From: Candidatus Woesearchaeota archaeon
Lineage (GTDB): Archaea; Nanobdellota; Nanobdellia; Woesearchaeales; ARS49
Direction of reading: 5' to 3'
NCBI GenBank assembly: GCA_003599055.1
Contig: QZIM01000002.1
Coordinates: 70,097 to 134,096, forward strand
DNA: 64,000 bases
Position numbers and translations under genes: made by a program. A model generated the notes under the pieces. It did no database searches. It was not told where the DNA came from and saw only the letters and a program-made list of their open reading frames with translations. Below, one piece after another: positions 52,885 to 62,806 of this stretch. Position 1 is the first letter of the stretch. Every line of letters begins with the position of its first letter.

Positions 52885-53544
52885 ATGTATGGGGTTGAGG
52901 TAGTGAGCGCGCTTCTTTTTTGGCCGATGGTGGGGTATCTTGCGTGGGGTGTTTCAGGGGTTTCGACGGGTACATTTTTTCTCGCACTTCTCATCGGGCT
53001 TGTCTTTGCTGACTTTGCATCGGGTTTTGTGCACTGGGCGGCAGACACGTGGGGGTCTCAGGATTGGCCGGTTGTCGGGCAATCGCTTCTCAAGAGTTTT
53101 CGTGACCATCATCGTGACCCGATGGGAATCACGCGGCACGATTATTTTGAGACGAACGGTGATTCATTTTTGGTGAGTTTGCCGGTGCTTTTCCCGTCGG
53201 TTTTGTACCTTTTCGGATTTTGGCGTCTTGTTGCGGTTGTTTTCTTTGTCGGAATTGCGTTTACGAATCAGTTTCACAAGTGGGCGCACGAGGTGCGTCC
53301 GGCAGGGTTTGTGCGGGTGCTGCAAAAGTCAGGGCTGATTTTGTCAAAGAAGGGCCACCGTGGCCATCATCGCAGGCCGTTCAGCAGGAATTATTGCATT
53401 ACGACGGGCTGGCTGAATCCGCTCTTGAATAAGGTTTGTTTTTGGAGAATTCTTGAAAAAGTCATTACAAAAATGACCGGTGCGGTTCCGCGAAAAGAAG
53501 AACAAGGCCCGGCGATCCGGAGGAACCGCCGGGCTTTGTCGTGA
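52885..53544 (+). CDS. CarF/TMEM189-like membrane lipid desaturase-domain protein
   Basis: Four His clusters in TM context (FVHWAAD, FRDHHRDP, FHKWAHE, KGHRGHHRRP) give the 8-His di-iron pattern of the Kua/TMEM189 family. Start placed at the internal ATG (MYGVEVV). Confidence 0.45.
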   Translation: MYGVEVVSALLFWPMVGYLAWGVSGVSTGTFFLALLIGLVFADFASGFVHWAADTWGSQDWPVVGQSLLKSFRDHHRDPMGITRHDYFETNGDSFLVSLPVLFPSVLYLFGFWRLVAVVFFVGIAFTNQFHKWAHEVRPAGFVRVLQKSGLILSKKGHRGHHRRPFSRNYCITTGWLNPLLNKVCFWRILEKVITKMTGAVPRKEEQGPAIRRNRRALS

Positions 53545-53555
53545 GTGAAGACAAT

Positions 53556-53729
53556 TACAGGTCTTCGAGGTCGTCGTCCCAAGGGTCTAAGTCAAATTCC
53601 GCGTTTGCCGCCTCAGCGCCTATCTCAAATGCGCGTTCCCAGTCGTGCTTTGCATCCCAGCCGTCAACTTCTTCTTCCTCTTCCTCAAGGAGGAGGTCAT
53701 TGCTCCACATTCTCGCTTCGTCCCGCATG
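53556..53729 (-). CDS. small highly acidic protein (57 aa), not in ORF table
   Basis: The minus-strand ORF encodes MRDEARMWSNDLLLEEEEEEVDGWDAKHDWERAFEIGAEAANAEFDLDPWDDDLEDL. It is below the ORF-table cutoff and its coding potential is uncertain. Confidence 0.25.
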
Positions 53730-53865
53730 GTTTTTCACCCCCAAGTGAACTTCTGATGGTGGCAATTGTGCATTTTTGATATATATTTTCCCCTAAAAAA
53801 TTATAAGACCTATAAAGTTATCAGGCATATTAATAACTTTTACACTTTTATGAATTTGCAAAAGA

Positions 53866-53875
53866 TTTATATATT
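53866..53875 (+). promoter_or_regulatory. TATA box (tttatatatt) with upstream purine-rich BRE-like aaag
   Basis: Lies in a 150-bp AT-rich island about 30 nt upstream of an inferred TSS. A ggaggg RBS sits 5 nt before the 53906 ATG. Confidence 0.45.
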
Positions 53876-53905
53876 TTAAGTCGTTTTGGTGCCCCGGAGG
53901 GTGTT

Positions 53906-54865
53906 ATGAAACGAAAAGTCATTCAAATCGCTGATTCAACGCAATTGATTTCTCTGCCGCGCAAGTGGTGCTTGGCAAATAATGTCAAGAAGGGGGACGA
54001 GCTGAATGTGGAAACTGAAGGGCAGCTCATTACGGTAAGCTGCAAGCAGGAAATGCGCATAGAACGGGCGGAATTGCGGATGAAGGATTACGGCCCGCTC
54101 GCTCCGCGTGTTATTTATTCACTGTATCGCAAGGGAATTGATGAGTTGAAAGTGTATTACGATGACCCTGAGGAAGTTCAGGCGATTCAGAAAAATCTGC
54201 GGGATGCAACCGGGTATGAGATTGTGGAGCAGGACAGCAAGAGCATTCTTATCAAGAACATCAGCAGCAATATTATGGGGTTTGACTCGATGCTGCGAAG
54301 GACGTTTCTTCTCCTCATCAGCCAGGCAGAGGAGTGCGCAAAGGCGTTTTCGGAAAAAAACGTTTCCGCGCTTAAGAATCTGGTCAGTCTCGAGGAGAGC
54401 AACAATCATTTTACGACGGTTTGCAGAAGATACCTGAACAAGTATGAGGCGCCAAAGAGTATGAAAACAGGCCCCTTGTATTCGATTGTTCAGGAAATTG
54501 AAAAGATTGCGGACGAGTACAAGTATTTGGTTCAGGCAATCGAGCAGCACCGGTCTGATTTCGCAAAGACTGCGGGCAGTCTTGCAGGATTGTATAAGGG
54601 TGTATCAGCAATGATGCGGGAAGTGTATGAGGTGTTCTATAAGTTTGACCCGCACAAGTTTTCCGCAATTGCCGAGGCAAGGCAGAAAATTGTGGAGCAG
54701 GCAACGGAGAAAATGAAGGCGGCAAAAAGCCCGATTGAGTTTTTGATGGTGCATCATCTGATAGTCATAACGCAAAAAGCATTCAATATGCTCGGCTCAA
54801 TGATTATTCTGACTGCTCCAGTTGCTGAATCACTTGCTTCAGTGAGTAAACATCAGGACATCTGA
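53906..54865 (+). CDS. PhoU-like regulator with N-terminal AbrB/SpoVT DNA-binding domain
   Basis: The N-terminal VIQIADSTQLISLPRKW swapped-hairpin motif and about 250 aa of paired helical PhoU-like repeats match the common archaeal phosphate-uptake-regulator architecture. Confidence 0.65.
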   Translation: MKRKVIQIADSTQLISLPRKWCLANNVKKGDELNVETEGQLITVSCKQEMRIERAELRMKDYGPLAPRVIYSLYRKGIDELKVYYDDPEEVQAIQKNLRDATGYEIVEQDSKSILIKNISSNIMGFDSMLRRTFLLLISQAEECAKAFSEKNVSALKNLVSLEESNNHFTTVCRRYLNKYEAPKSMKTGPLYSIVQEIEKIADEYKYLVQAIEQHRSDFAKTAGSLAGLYKGVSAMMREVYEVFYKFDPHKFSAIAEARQKIVEQATEKMKAAKSPIEFLMVHHLIVITQKAFNMLGSMIILTAPVAESLASVSKHQDI

Positions 54866-55559
54866 AGTGCCGGCAGGGGCGGGTGCAGGGAATTTCTTCC
54901 ACGTGGTTAAGCCGTGTTCCGTTCCGTGAATATTTTTGCCAGACAAGCGCGGTGCTCATTCCTGCCCGTCTTGCAGGGCGGGTGTCCATATCGGGGCGGT
55001 CGCCGACGTAGATGATTTTGTGTGCGTCTTCCCGTGCAATCCCGCTCAGCTTAATCATCATTGCGTGCTCGAGTTTTCCCTCGTATGCGCGTCCTTGCTC
55101 GCCGTGCATGCGAAACGTGAATTGGAAGGGCGGGTTTCGGTCAAGCCCGAGGCGGTCAAGGGTGTGGCGGGTCTCGTTGGAGAGGCTGCTCGTGTAATAG
55201 GAGAAGGGGATTGTTCTGTCTCTAAGGAAGAGGAACAGCTCGAAAAGTTTCGGGTCGGGCGCAAGTGTTTCTGCAATGTTTGCCCGTCTTTGCGCTTCGC
55301 GTGCAAGGTCAGGGTCAAGCCCGTACGCGTTTTGAAAGATGAGCTTGTGTGAGCGCTTGTTCACGCGGTCTTCAAGGTGTTCTTGGTATTCCCGTTGAAG
55401 CTCTCTGCGCCAAAGCCCTCCTTTTTTTCTTCGTTCCTGCCAGTATGGTGAGTGGTCTGCGATTGCCTCGTACATCTGGGTAAGGAGGCGTTCGGTGCGG
55501 TCTTCGGTCATCTCATAGAGTGAGCCGTTCACGTCAAACCAGGCGTGTTCAATTTTCAT
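54804..55559 (-). CDS. HAD-superfamily hydrolase-like protein
   Basis: An N-terminal FDVNGSL motif-I-like segment and a YVGDRPDMD motif-IV-like segment. The second motif-I Asp is replaced by Asn, so it is a variant. Confidence 0.5.
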   Translation of the reverse strand: MKIEHAWFDVNGSLYEMTEDRTERLLTQMYEAIADHSPYWQERRKKGGLWRRELQREYQEHLEDRVNKRSHKLIFQNAYGLDPDLAREAQRRANIAETLAPDPKLFELFLFLRDRTIPFSYYTSSLSNETRHTLDRLGLDRNPPFQFTFRMHGEQGRAYEGKLEHAMMIKLSGIAREDAHKIIYVGDRPDMDTRPARRAGMSTALVWQKYSRNGTRLNHVEEIPCTRPCRHFRCPDVYSLKQVIQQLEQSE

Positions 55560-57646
55560 GAGTGTGATGGGCAGTATTTGAGGGGTTCTTTTTCTTGGTC
55601 AAAGTGATGGGCGATGCGGCGGACCATTGAGCGAAGCGCGGACACGCGGGCAATGTTTTGTATGGGTTCGGGAAGTGCAGGGTCATTCATAATTGCAAGG
55701 TATCGTGAGCTGAGCTGTTCGCCCTCTTGGGAGGTTTGGGCTTGTTTTGCGGAGAGCCGCTGGATTTCTTCAAGGACGGGGCGTACTGCCGCAGCGTCTT
55801 CTGCGCTTGCTGCCTTCAGGTAGTCCTTGCGTTCAAACCGCGCAACTTCTGTGCAGATTATGGGTGCAAAAAAGCAGTAGTGCTTGATGTTTCTGGTGAA
55901 TCGTTCCCGCCGGTCTTCGTATTCTGTTTTTGAGATTTGCTGGGCGCCGTACTGGTCGCAGGTTCTTTGCCAGTATCCGGTAAACAGGTTAAGGTCGCGA
56001 AGGGTTCGGAAGAGCAGCATGGATGAGAGGGTGAGCTTGTCATCAACAAGGTCCTCTTGTCCGATTGCGCGAACATACGCGTGTGCGAGGTCGTAGACTC
56101 TTTGGCGGGCGGCTTTTGCGCGGATGGTGCTTTTTGGCTTGTTTGCATCCGATGTGTCGTAGAGAAGGAAGTTGGTCCCGTACTGGACGACGAGGCGGGC
56201 GACGTCTTCAAGTGAGTGTGCCCACCGGCATTCTTTGAGGTCAATGTTGTGGAGGTGTGTCCGGACTTTCTCCGGGTCAATATGCGCGCCGGTTTCATCG
56301 CTGAACTGGCTGAGCAGTTGGGTGACGGTCGGCTTTTCATTTGGGCCGATAAGGATGTTTCCGTGTGAGAGGTCGCGGTTGCGCACGACGTGGGAATCCT
56401 CGGTCCTGATTCGGTAGACAAATCTGGTGGCCTCCTGCCAAAGCGTGGCGCTTTGCGGGTCAAGGAAGTTTAATCCTGCACGGCGTTCAAAGTTTTCCGG
56501 GGTTCCTTTCAGTTTCCGGTAATAGTAGTCCTGCACTTGTTTGGGGGATGGTTTGGCATTTGCAATTGCAGGGACGAGGGGGCGTTTGTTGTGAACCCAT
56601 ACGCGTCCCATTGCGAGTGCCTGATGGATAAGCGTGTTTCGAAGCTCATCAACGAGTTCTTTGCGCACGCTTCGGGAGTGCGCAGAATTGAGTTCGTCAA
56701 GGACGCGCCAAAGGGGTTCGCCTTCAATATATTCCATAAGGACAAATGCTTTTTCTCCGTTGTATTTTTTTGGGACAAAGGGTGCGGTGATGTATGCGGT
56801 GGAAAAGCCAAGTTGGGGGTGGGTGCTGAAGAAGGCAGCGTCAAGATGCCGTTGTTCTGCGAGTTGTTCTGCGGTAAATCCTGCGCGGGGTTCAACAATG
56901 CGGAAAATCCAGTTTTTGCCGCGCGGCGTTCCTTCGACTTTTCCGACCGTGGCTTCGCCGCTTTCCCCTTCTCCGAGGACGCGGACCATATAGTTAAGGC
57001 TGGCATTGCCGTATGTTTCCATCAGTGTTTCAATGTGAGGGTCAAGTGTTCGGGCGATTTCCTCGCGTTTTGCAGGGTCTTTTTCTTGGTCGTATTTGAG
57101 CATTCCGGGGACGATGATGTCGTGGTACAGCCTGCGGTAGTCTTCTTCGATGTTTGTTCGTACTCTGCGTGAGAGTGCGACAAATTCTTCTGCGATGACA
57201 AGTGCTTTCCTGAATTTTGGCGGGTCTTGCCGGCTGAGTATTTCTTTTCCGCGGGGGTGTTGTTCAAGGTAGGAGCGGATGATTGCGCGGGCGCTGAGCG
57301 CGTCAAGGAGCGCCTGGTCTATTTCGTCTTCGTCTGCCACTTTGAACAGGTTGTACGTGCTGACAAGGTCGTGTGCATCTGCTGAGCTGATGGGTTTCTC
57401 GTGTGCAAAAAGGACAGGGACGCAGACGTTTGACTGGTTGGTTGTGCAGAATTCTTCAAGCTTGCTTTGCCCTTCGATAATGATTGCCTCATAACGGGGG
57501 AGGATGTCAAGTGCGGGAGGGCAATGTCCGGTGTCAACCTCGATGTGGCGGGGAACGTCGCAAAGCTCTGCAGCGTGCCGATTGGGCTTATCTGTAAGGA
57601 GAAATATTCTTTTCTCAAGTGATATGGATTCCCCCATTGTAACCAC
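55556..57646 (-). CDS. protein-kinase-like domain protein (696 aa)
   Basis: Gly-rich loop GEGESGEATVGK and a catalytic-loop-like VVRNRDLSHGNILIG (HRDxxxxN analogue). Large flanking helical regions. Confidence 0.5.
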   Translation of the reverse strand: MVTMGESISLEKRIFLLTDKPNRHAAELCDVPRHIEVDTGHCPPALDILPRYEAIIIEGQSKLEEFCTTNQSNVCVPVLFAHEKPISSADAHDLVSTYNLFKVADEDEIDQALLDALSARAIIRSYLEQHPRGKEILSRQDPPKFRKALVIAEEFVALSRRVRTNIEEDYRRLYHDIIVPGMLKYDQEKDPAKREEIARTLDPHIETLMETYGNASLNYMVRVLGEGESGEATVGKVEGTPRGKNWIFRIVEPRAGFTAEQLAEQRHLDAAFFSTHPQLGFSTAYITAPFVPKKYNGEKAFVLMEYIEGEPLWRVLDELNSAHSRSVRKELVDELRNTLIHQALAMGRVWVHNKRPLVPAIANAKPSPKQVQDYYYRKLKGTPENFERRAGLNFLDPQSATLWQEATRFVYRIRTEDSHVVRNRDLSHGNILIGPNEKPTVTQLLSQFSDETGAHIDPEKVRTHLHNIDLKECRWAHSLEDVARLVVQYGTNFLLYDTSDANKPKSTIRAKAARQRVYDLAHAYVRAIGQEDLVDDKLTLSSMLLFRTLRDLNLFTGYWQRTCDQYGAQQISKTEYEDRRERFTRNIKHYCFFAPIICTEVARFERKDYLKAASAEDAAAVRPVLEEIQRLSAKQAQTSQEGEQLSSRYLAIMNDPALPEPIQNIARVSALRSMVRRIAHHFDQEKEPLKYCPSHS

Positions 57647-57805
57647 ACAGTAATGGTTTCAAGTCCATTTATAAAGCTTTCGCTGAATGATGCACGATAA
57701 TTACGGATATGCGTTACTGATGAGTCAAAAATAAATCGTTATTTTTATATAGTCTGAACTTTATATGTTGCCAAGGCAAGACCTGACCAGGTGACAGTAT
57801 AAACA

Positions 57806-58222
57806 ATGGAAACAGCAAATGCAAACGGAAACGGTTTGAACGGGACAAATCTTTATGCAAATCCTCTTTTACCGATGTTAGGGACCCCTGACTTTAAGCG
57901 GCTTGTGCGCGTGTGCAGGCGCGAGTTTCAAAGCAACTATGAGCAAATGCTTGCGGCATATGTTGCCCGCCTTCCGACTGAGCCGAATGCGCCAAAGCCG
58001 GAAACGCTTGCAACGGAGATTCGGATGCTGTATATGCTTGCATACGTCGATAGTGAGGTAAAGGCAGGCCATTGTGTTCGTCCTGATGGCTCATCCGTAT
58101 CCTCGGTGGATGAGTTGTGCAGGGAGTTTCCGTCGGTTGACTTAGAGACTGTGCAGGGAGATACGCCGTCAAACGGGAATCCGTTGGCGAGGTTCTTCTA
58201 TGGAAAATCAAAGAGCGCATAG
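57806..58222 (+). CDS. hypothetical protein
   Basis: ORF preceded by an AT-rich promoter island. No motif. Confidence 0.4.
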   Translation: METANANGNGLNGTNLYANPLLPMLGTPDFKRLVRVCRREFQSNYEQMLAAYVARLPTEPNAPKPETLATEIRMLYMLAYVDSEVKAGHCVRPDGSSVSSVDELCREFPSVDLETVQGDTPSNGNPLARFFYGKSKSA

Positions 58223-59045
58223 TCCTGTGCCTTCCCGGTTTCTTGATGTTGCGCTGGATGCTGCGGTTCTTGCGGGAAAAGAAATCCTTGGCCTGCACGG
58301 TGATTCTGCTGCGGAAAAAAAGCCGGACGAGAGTCTTATCACGTGGGCGGATATGGCAAGCGATGAGGTGATAAGTGAGAGGATTAAAAGGAGTTTTCCT
58401 GAGCACGCGCTGGTAAGTGAAGAGCGGTATGAGGATTCGCGCAGGTTTTGTGCTGAATACACCTGGATTGTTGACCCGCTTGACGGGACAAGGGATTTTG
58501 TAAAACAAACAGGGCAATTCGCCGTGCATATTGGGCTGGTGTGCGGAACAGAGCCGGTTTTGGGTGTGGTGTATGTGCCGATGACTGATTCTCTGTATCA
58601 CGCGGCGCCCGGCCTGTTTGCGGGAGCGCGCAAGATTTGTCAGGGAAAATCAAGCGAGATTCACGTCAATGATTGCGCGCTTGAGGATGCGGTTCTCATC
58701 CTCAGTTCCAACAAGTTTTCGAAGGAAGATGCAGACCGTGCGGCGCAAAATTTTGGAATGCGGCGGGCGTGGCGAAGCGGCGGCCTTGGGTGCAAGATGA
58801 TGGCAGTAGCAGAGGGCACTGCGGATGTGTACATTTATGAGCGGCAAAAGGCCCACGAGTGGGATACGCTTGCGCCGGATGTGATTTTGCGGGCTGCGTG
58901 CGGGAGATTGACTGACTACTTTGGAAATTCATTGGCGTATAATGTTCCGCGAACAGGAGTATTTACACGAGGGCTGGTGTGTGCGCCCGAGCAGCTGCAC
59001 GGGGAAGTTCTGAAAAAGGTGCAGTCGGTGATTCCGTTAAAATGA
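58200..59045 (+). CDS. inositol monophosphatase / FBPase / CysQ family phosphatase
   Basis: WIVDPLDGT metal-binding motif and a downstream WDTLA block. Confidence 0.75.
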   Translation: MENQRAHSPVPSRFLDVALDAAVLAGKEILGLHGDSAAEKKPDESLITWADMASDEVISERIKRSFPEHALVSEERYEDSRRFCAEYTWIVDPLDGTRDFVKQTGQFAVHIGLVCGTEPVLGVVYVPMTDSLYHAAPGLFAGARKICQGKSSEIHVNDCALEDAVLILSSNKFSKEDADRAAQNFGMRRAWRSGGLGCKMMAVAEGTADVYIYERQKAHEWDTLAPDVILRAACGRLTDYFGNSLAYNVPRTGVFTRGLVCAPEQLHGEVLKKVQSVIPLK

Positions 59046-59632
59046 GTGCAGAAAAGCGCGTGTATCTTCTTCGTCACGGGGAAACGTGGGACAATGTGAA
59101 CGGGATTCATCAGGGCTGGTCTCCTTCTGCATTGACGCAGAAGGGAGTTGAGCAGGCGTATGCCGCAGGCGTCCTGCTAAGGGATGCGGGAATTGAGCGG
59201 ATTTTTTGCAGTGATTTGGTTCGGGCAAAAGAAACTGCAGAGGAGGTTCGAAAGCAGGTTTCCGCACCGATAGTCTATGCGTCCTGGTTGCGTGAGCTTG
59301 GCAAGGGAGTTTTTGAGGGGTTGCCTTCTGGCACGTTGAAGAGGCACATCCGGAGCAACAATCTTGACTCGTACACATACGCTCCAAAAGGAGGAGAGTC
59401 TTTGCAGGGCTTTGAGGAGCGTGTCATTTCCGGGTTTAATGAGTGTATTGCGTGCGCGCCAAACGTCTCATTATTCATCACGCACGGAGGGGTCATCGCA
59501 GCGCTCAGATATTATGTGGAAGGGAAGAGGGTTGGAAAGCTCTTTGCATATGCGCCAAACAACGGTGAAATTATGGTGTTGGAGAACAGGGAGTCGCTAA
59601 GGATTCGCCCGTTCGCCCCCCACAACCTTTAA
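59042..59632 (+). CDS. histidine phosphatase (phosphoglycerate-mutase-like) family protein
   Basis: YLLRHGETWDN catalytic RHG motif and a C-terminal ITHGG. ATGA overlap with the upstream gene. Start placed at the internal ATG. Confidence 0.7.
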   Translation: MSAEKRVYLLRHGETWDNVNGIHQGWSPSALTQKGVEQAYAAGVLLRDAGIERIFCSDLVRAKETAEEVRKQVSAPIVYASWLRELGKGVFEGLPSGTLKRHIRSNNLDSYTYAPKGGESLQGFEERVISGFNECIACAPNVSLFITHGGVIAALRYYVEGKRVGKLFAYAPNNGEIMVLENRESLRIRPFAPHNL

Positions 59633-59657
59633 AAACTCACTTCTGCTTTTTTGTCGT

Positions 59658-61130
59658 ATGCCGACTGAAGAGGAATTAATTGCAGAGCGCAAAAGAAAGC
59701 GTGATGATTTTTTGAAGGCGGGAATCAACCCGTATCCGTATTCGTACGACCCGTCGCATAAGAGTGTTGAATTGCAGAAAAAGTATGAAAAGCTCGCGCT
59801 CGAGGAGCGAACGAATGATTCGGTGAAGGTTGCGGGCAGAATCGTCGGTTTGCGGCGAATGGGAAAAGCAACGTTCCTGCATTTGCTTGATGGCGCAGGA
59901 AAGGTTCAGTGTTATTTCAAGTTTGATGACTTGCCGGAAACATACGACCTACTCAAGCTTGCGGACGTGGGTGACTGGCTGGGGGTTGAAGGGACGATTT
60001 TCAAGACGAAAACCGGTGAAGTCACCGTGTGGGCAAAGAATTTCACGATGCTATGCAAGAGCCTGCGTCCGCTTCCGGAAAAATGGCACGGCTTGCAGGA
60101 TATCGAGCAGCGGTATCGCAAGAGGTATGTTGACCTGATTGTGAACCCCAACGTTCGTGAGACGTTTGTGCAGCGCTCAAAGATTATCAATGCAGTGCGG
60201 GGCGAACTGGACAGGCGCGGCTATCTTGAGGTTGACACGCCGATTATTCACTCGATTTACGGCGGGGCGAATGCAAAGCCGTTTAAGACGCATCTTAATT
60301 CGCTCAAGATGGACTGTTATTTGCGCGTTGCAACCGAGCTGCACCTCAAGCGCCTTTTGGTCGGTGGGTTTGAGAAAGTGTATGAGGTTGGCCGCCTGTT
60401 TCGAAATGAGGATATTGACCGGACGCATAATCCTGAATTCACGAGCGTTGAGGCGTATTCGGCGTACGGCGACTATATGACGATGAAAGAGCTCATTGAG
60501 GACATTTATGTTGCCGCGGCAAAGGCAATTCACGGCTCAACCAAATTTGAATATCAGGGCCACGAGATTGACGTGAAAAAGCCGTGGGCGAGTTATACGA
60601 TGGTTGAGGTATTGCAAAAGTTTGCGGGAATCGATGCGGAAAAAATTAGTGTTGATGATATGAAAAAGCTCTGTGCGCAGCACAGGATTCAGGTTGAAGA
60701 AAATTTGACCAGAGGTCAACTGATTCAGGCACTCTTTGAGGACTTGGTTGAGCCAAAGCTCATTCAGCCGACGTTCATCACGCATCACCCGCTTGAGTCA
60801 ACGCCGCTGTGCAAGCAGTGCCGTGAGCCGCACTTAAATGAGCATTTCATTGAGCGCTTTGAGCCGTATATTGCGGGGATGGAAATTGCGAACGCGTATT
60901 CTGAGCTCAACGACCCGGTAATTCAGCGAAAGCTGCTTGAGGAGCAGGCGGCGCAATTGCGCGCAGGAGCAGAAGAGGCGCACCCGATGGATGAGGACTT
61001 TGTTGAGGCAATCGAGTTTGGAATGCCTCCTGCGGGCGGGATTGGTTTTGGGATTGACCGGATGATTATGCTTTTGACAAACAACGCAAGTATTCGGGAC
61101 GTCTTGCTGTTCCCGTTCATGAAGCAATGA
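59658..61130 (+). CDS. lysS: lysyl-tRNA synthetase, class II
   Basis: N-terminal OB anticodon-binding domain, then class II motifs 1-3, including FRNEDIDRTHNPEFTSVEAY and GIGFGIDRMIMLLT. Confidence 0.9.
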   Translation: MPTEEELIAERKRKRDDFLKAGINPYPYSYDPSHKSVELQKKYEKLALEERTNDSVKVAGRIVGLRRMGKATFLHLLDGAGKVQCYFKFDDLPETYDLLKLADVGDWLGVEGTIFKTKTGEVTVWAKNFTMLCKSLRPLPEKWHGLQDIEQRYRKRYVDLIVNPNVRETFVQRSKIINAVRGELDRRGYLEVDTPIIHSIYGGANAKPFKTHLNSLKMDCYLRVATELHLKRLLVGGFEKVYEVGRLFRNEDIDRTHNPEFTSVEAYSAYGDYMTMKELIEDIYVAAAKAIHGSTKFEYQGHEIDVKKPWASYTMVEVLQKFAGIDAEKISVDDMKKLCAQHRIQVEENLTRGQLIQALFEDLVEPKLIQPTFITHHPLESTPLCKQCREPHLNEHFIERFEPYIAGMEIANAYSELNDPVIQRKLLEEQAAQLRAGAEEAHPMDEDFVEAIEFGMPPAGGIGFGIDRMIMLLTNNASIRDVLLFPFMKQ

Positions 61131-61474
61131 AAGACCGAATTACAATTGGGCTCACTGCGCGCGTGGTCGTATTCGGAAAATCAGGAAAAAAGGAAGTGAT
61201 GGCGCGGGTTGATACAGGGGCGACCAAGAGCAGTATTGATGAGCGGCTTGCGGCGGAATTGGGTTTGGGAAAGGAGCTTCGCCGGGTTCTTATCAAGTCC
61301 GCGCACGGGAGCAAGCATCGGGGTGTGGTGATGGCGGATGTGAGTATTTCCGGTGAATTGTGCTCGGCAGAGTTCACGCTCGCGGACCGTTCGCATATGA
61401 AGTATCGCGTGCTTATCGGCCAGAACATTTTAAAAAAAGGGTTCTTGATTGACCCCTTAAAGGGTGGTTTATGA
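61127..61474 (+). CDS. RimK-associated retropepsin-like aspartic protease (PF05618-type, 'ATP-dependent zinc protease')
   Basis: The ARVDTGATKSSID D-T-G-A motif in about 115 aa. ATGA overlaps with both lysS upstream and rimK downstream. Confidence 0.55.
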   Translation: MKDRITIGLTARVVVFGKSGKKEVMARVDTGATKSSIDERLAAELGLGKELRRVLIKSAHGSKHRGVVMADVSISGELCSAEFTLADRSHMKYRVLIGQNILKKGFLIDPLKGGL

Positions 61475-62544
61475 AAGCAGCATTGATATCGCTTGGAAGC
61501 ATTTCATCGAAATGGCTTATTGAGGCGCTTGGGAAGCAGTTTGATTCTGTTGACCATATTGATGTTGCGGAGTTGGAAGTATCGCTTGGCGGAAAGGAGG
61601 GCAGGGTGTTATATCAGGGAAACCCGCTCCCAAAGTATGACTGCATTTATGCGCGCGGGAGTTTTCGGTACGCAGTGTTGCTTCGTGCGGTAACAACGCT
61701 GCTTCAGGAAAACACGTATATGCCGCTTCGTGCGGCGAGCTTTACGATTGGCCACGATAAGTTGCTCACGCATTTGAAATTCCAGGAAAACGGCGTTCCG
61801 CAGCCGACGACGTATCTTGCGGCAACTGCTGCAGCGGGAAAGAAAATTCTGCAAAAGGTCAAGTTTCCGGTGGTGTTTAAGCTTCCTGCGGGAACGCACG
61901 GCAAGGGCGTGATGATTGCGGACAGTCAGGAGAGCGCAAGTTCAATGGTTGATGCGCTCGCGCTCCTCAAGCAACCGTTTTTGATTCAGGAGTTTGTCGA
62001 GACGGGAGGGACTGATTATCGCTGTATCGTGGTGGGTGATGAGGTTGTTGCGGCAATGAAGCGTGTTGCGGGAAAGGGTGAGAGCAGGGCAAATATTCAC
62101 GCAGGAGGGCAGGGAATTCCAATTGATGTTGATGCAAGGACAAGGCAGGCAGCGCTGCTTGCTGCAAAGAGTTGCGGGCTTGAGGTGTGCGCGGTTGACA
62201 TTTTGCCAAGTGCAAAAGGCCCGCTTGTCCTTGAGGTGAACTTAAGCCCCGGCCTTCAGGGGATTACAAAGGTTACCGGTCTTAATATTGCGGAAAAGAT
62301 TGCAAAATTCCTGCGGGCAAAAACAGAAGAGCGCCAAAACGTGCGCAAAAAGGCGGTGTTGCAGGAGGTCGAGCCTGAGCAGGAGGTTCACGGCGAGCTC
62401 GATTTTCGCGGAGACCGTATTTTGCTCCCTGAGGTGGTGACGATGGCGTCAAAAATTAAGCAGGGGGACGAGGTTGTCATTCGGGCAAAGAAGGGGCAGG
62501 TCTATATTGTGAAACAGAAGGGAAAGGAAAAGAGTAAAGAATAA
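61471..62544 (+). CDS. RimK-family alpha-L-glutamate ligase (ATP-grasp)
   Basis: ATP-grasp blocks (VVFKLPAGTHGKGV, FLIQEFVE...DYRCIVVGDEV, VDILPS...LEVN) with a K/E-rich C-terminal extension of about 60 aa. Confidence 0.8.
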   Translation: MKAALISLGSISSKWLIEALGKQFDSVDHIDVAELEVSLGGKEGRVLYQGNPLPKYDCIYARGSFRYAVLLRAVTTLLQENTYMPLRAASFTIGHDKLLTHLKFQENGVPQPTTYLAATAAAGKKILQKVKFPVVFKLPAGTHGKGVMIADSQESASSMVDALALLKQPFLIQEFVETGGTDYRCIVVGDEVVAAMKRVAGKGESRANIHAGGQGIPIDVDARTRQAALLAAKSCGLEVCAVDILPSAKGPLVLEVNLSPGLQGITKVTGLNIAEKIAKFLRAKTEERQNVRKKAVLQEVEPEQEVHGELDFRGDRILLPEVVTMASKIKQGDEVVIRAKKGQVYIVKQKGKEKSKE

Positions 62545-62806
62545 TTTAGCACGGCTCAACCCGATAAGGTATGTCATCTTTTGAGCCAAAAAAGAGTTCA
62601 CAGTCATAGCAAATCATAAGTTCGTTCTCTGCTGTTTGTTTTGGTTCATTGGACACGCGATGCTATCCTTGGCGGGCGCATTGCGCCCGGTCTTGTTCAA
62701 TGAGCGTTGTCTTATCTTCAAGAGAGTCATAAACGCGTTTTTGCGCGTCTGATGATTTCTTTGAGTGTGTCTTCGGGAGAGGTCATTGTATGCGCGAATT
62801 GCAACA

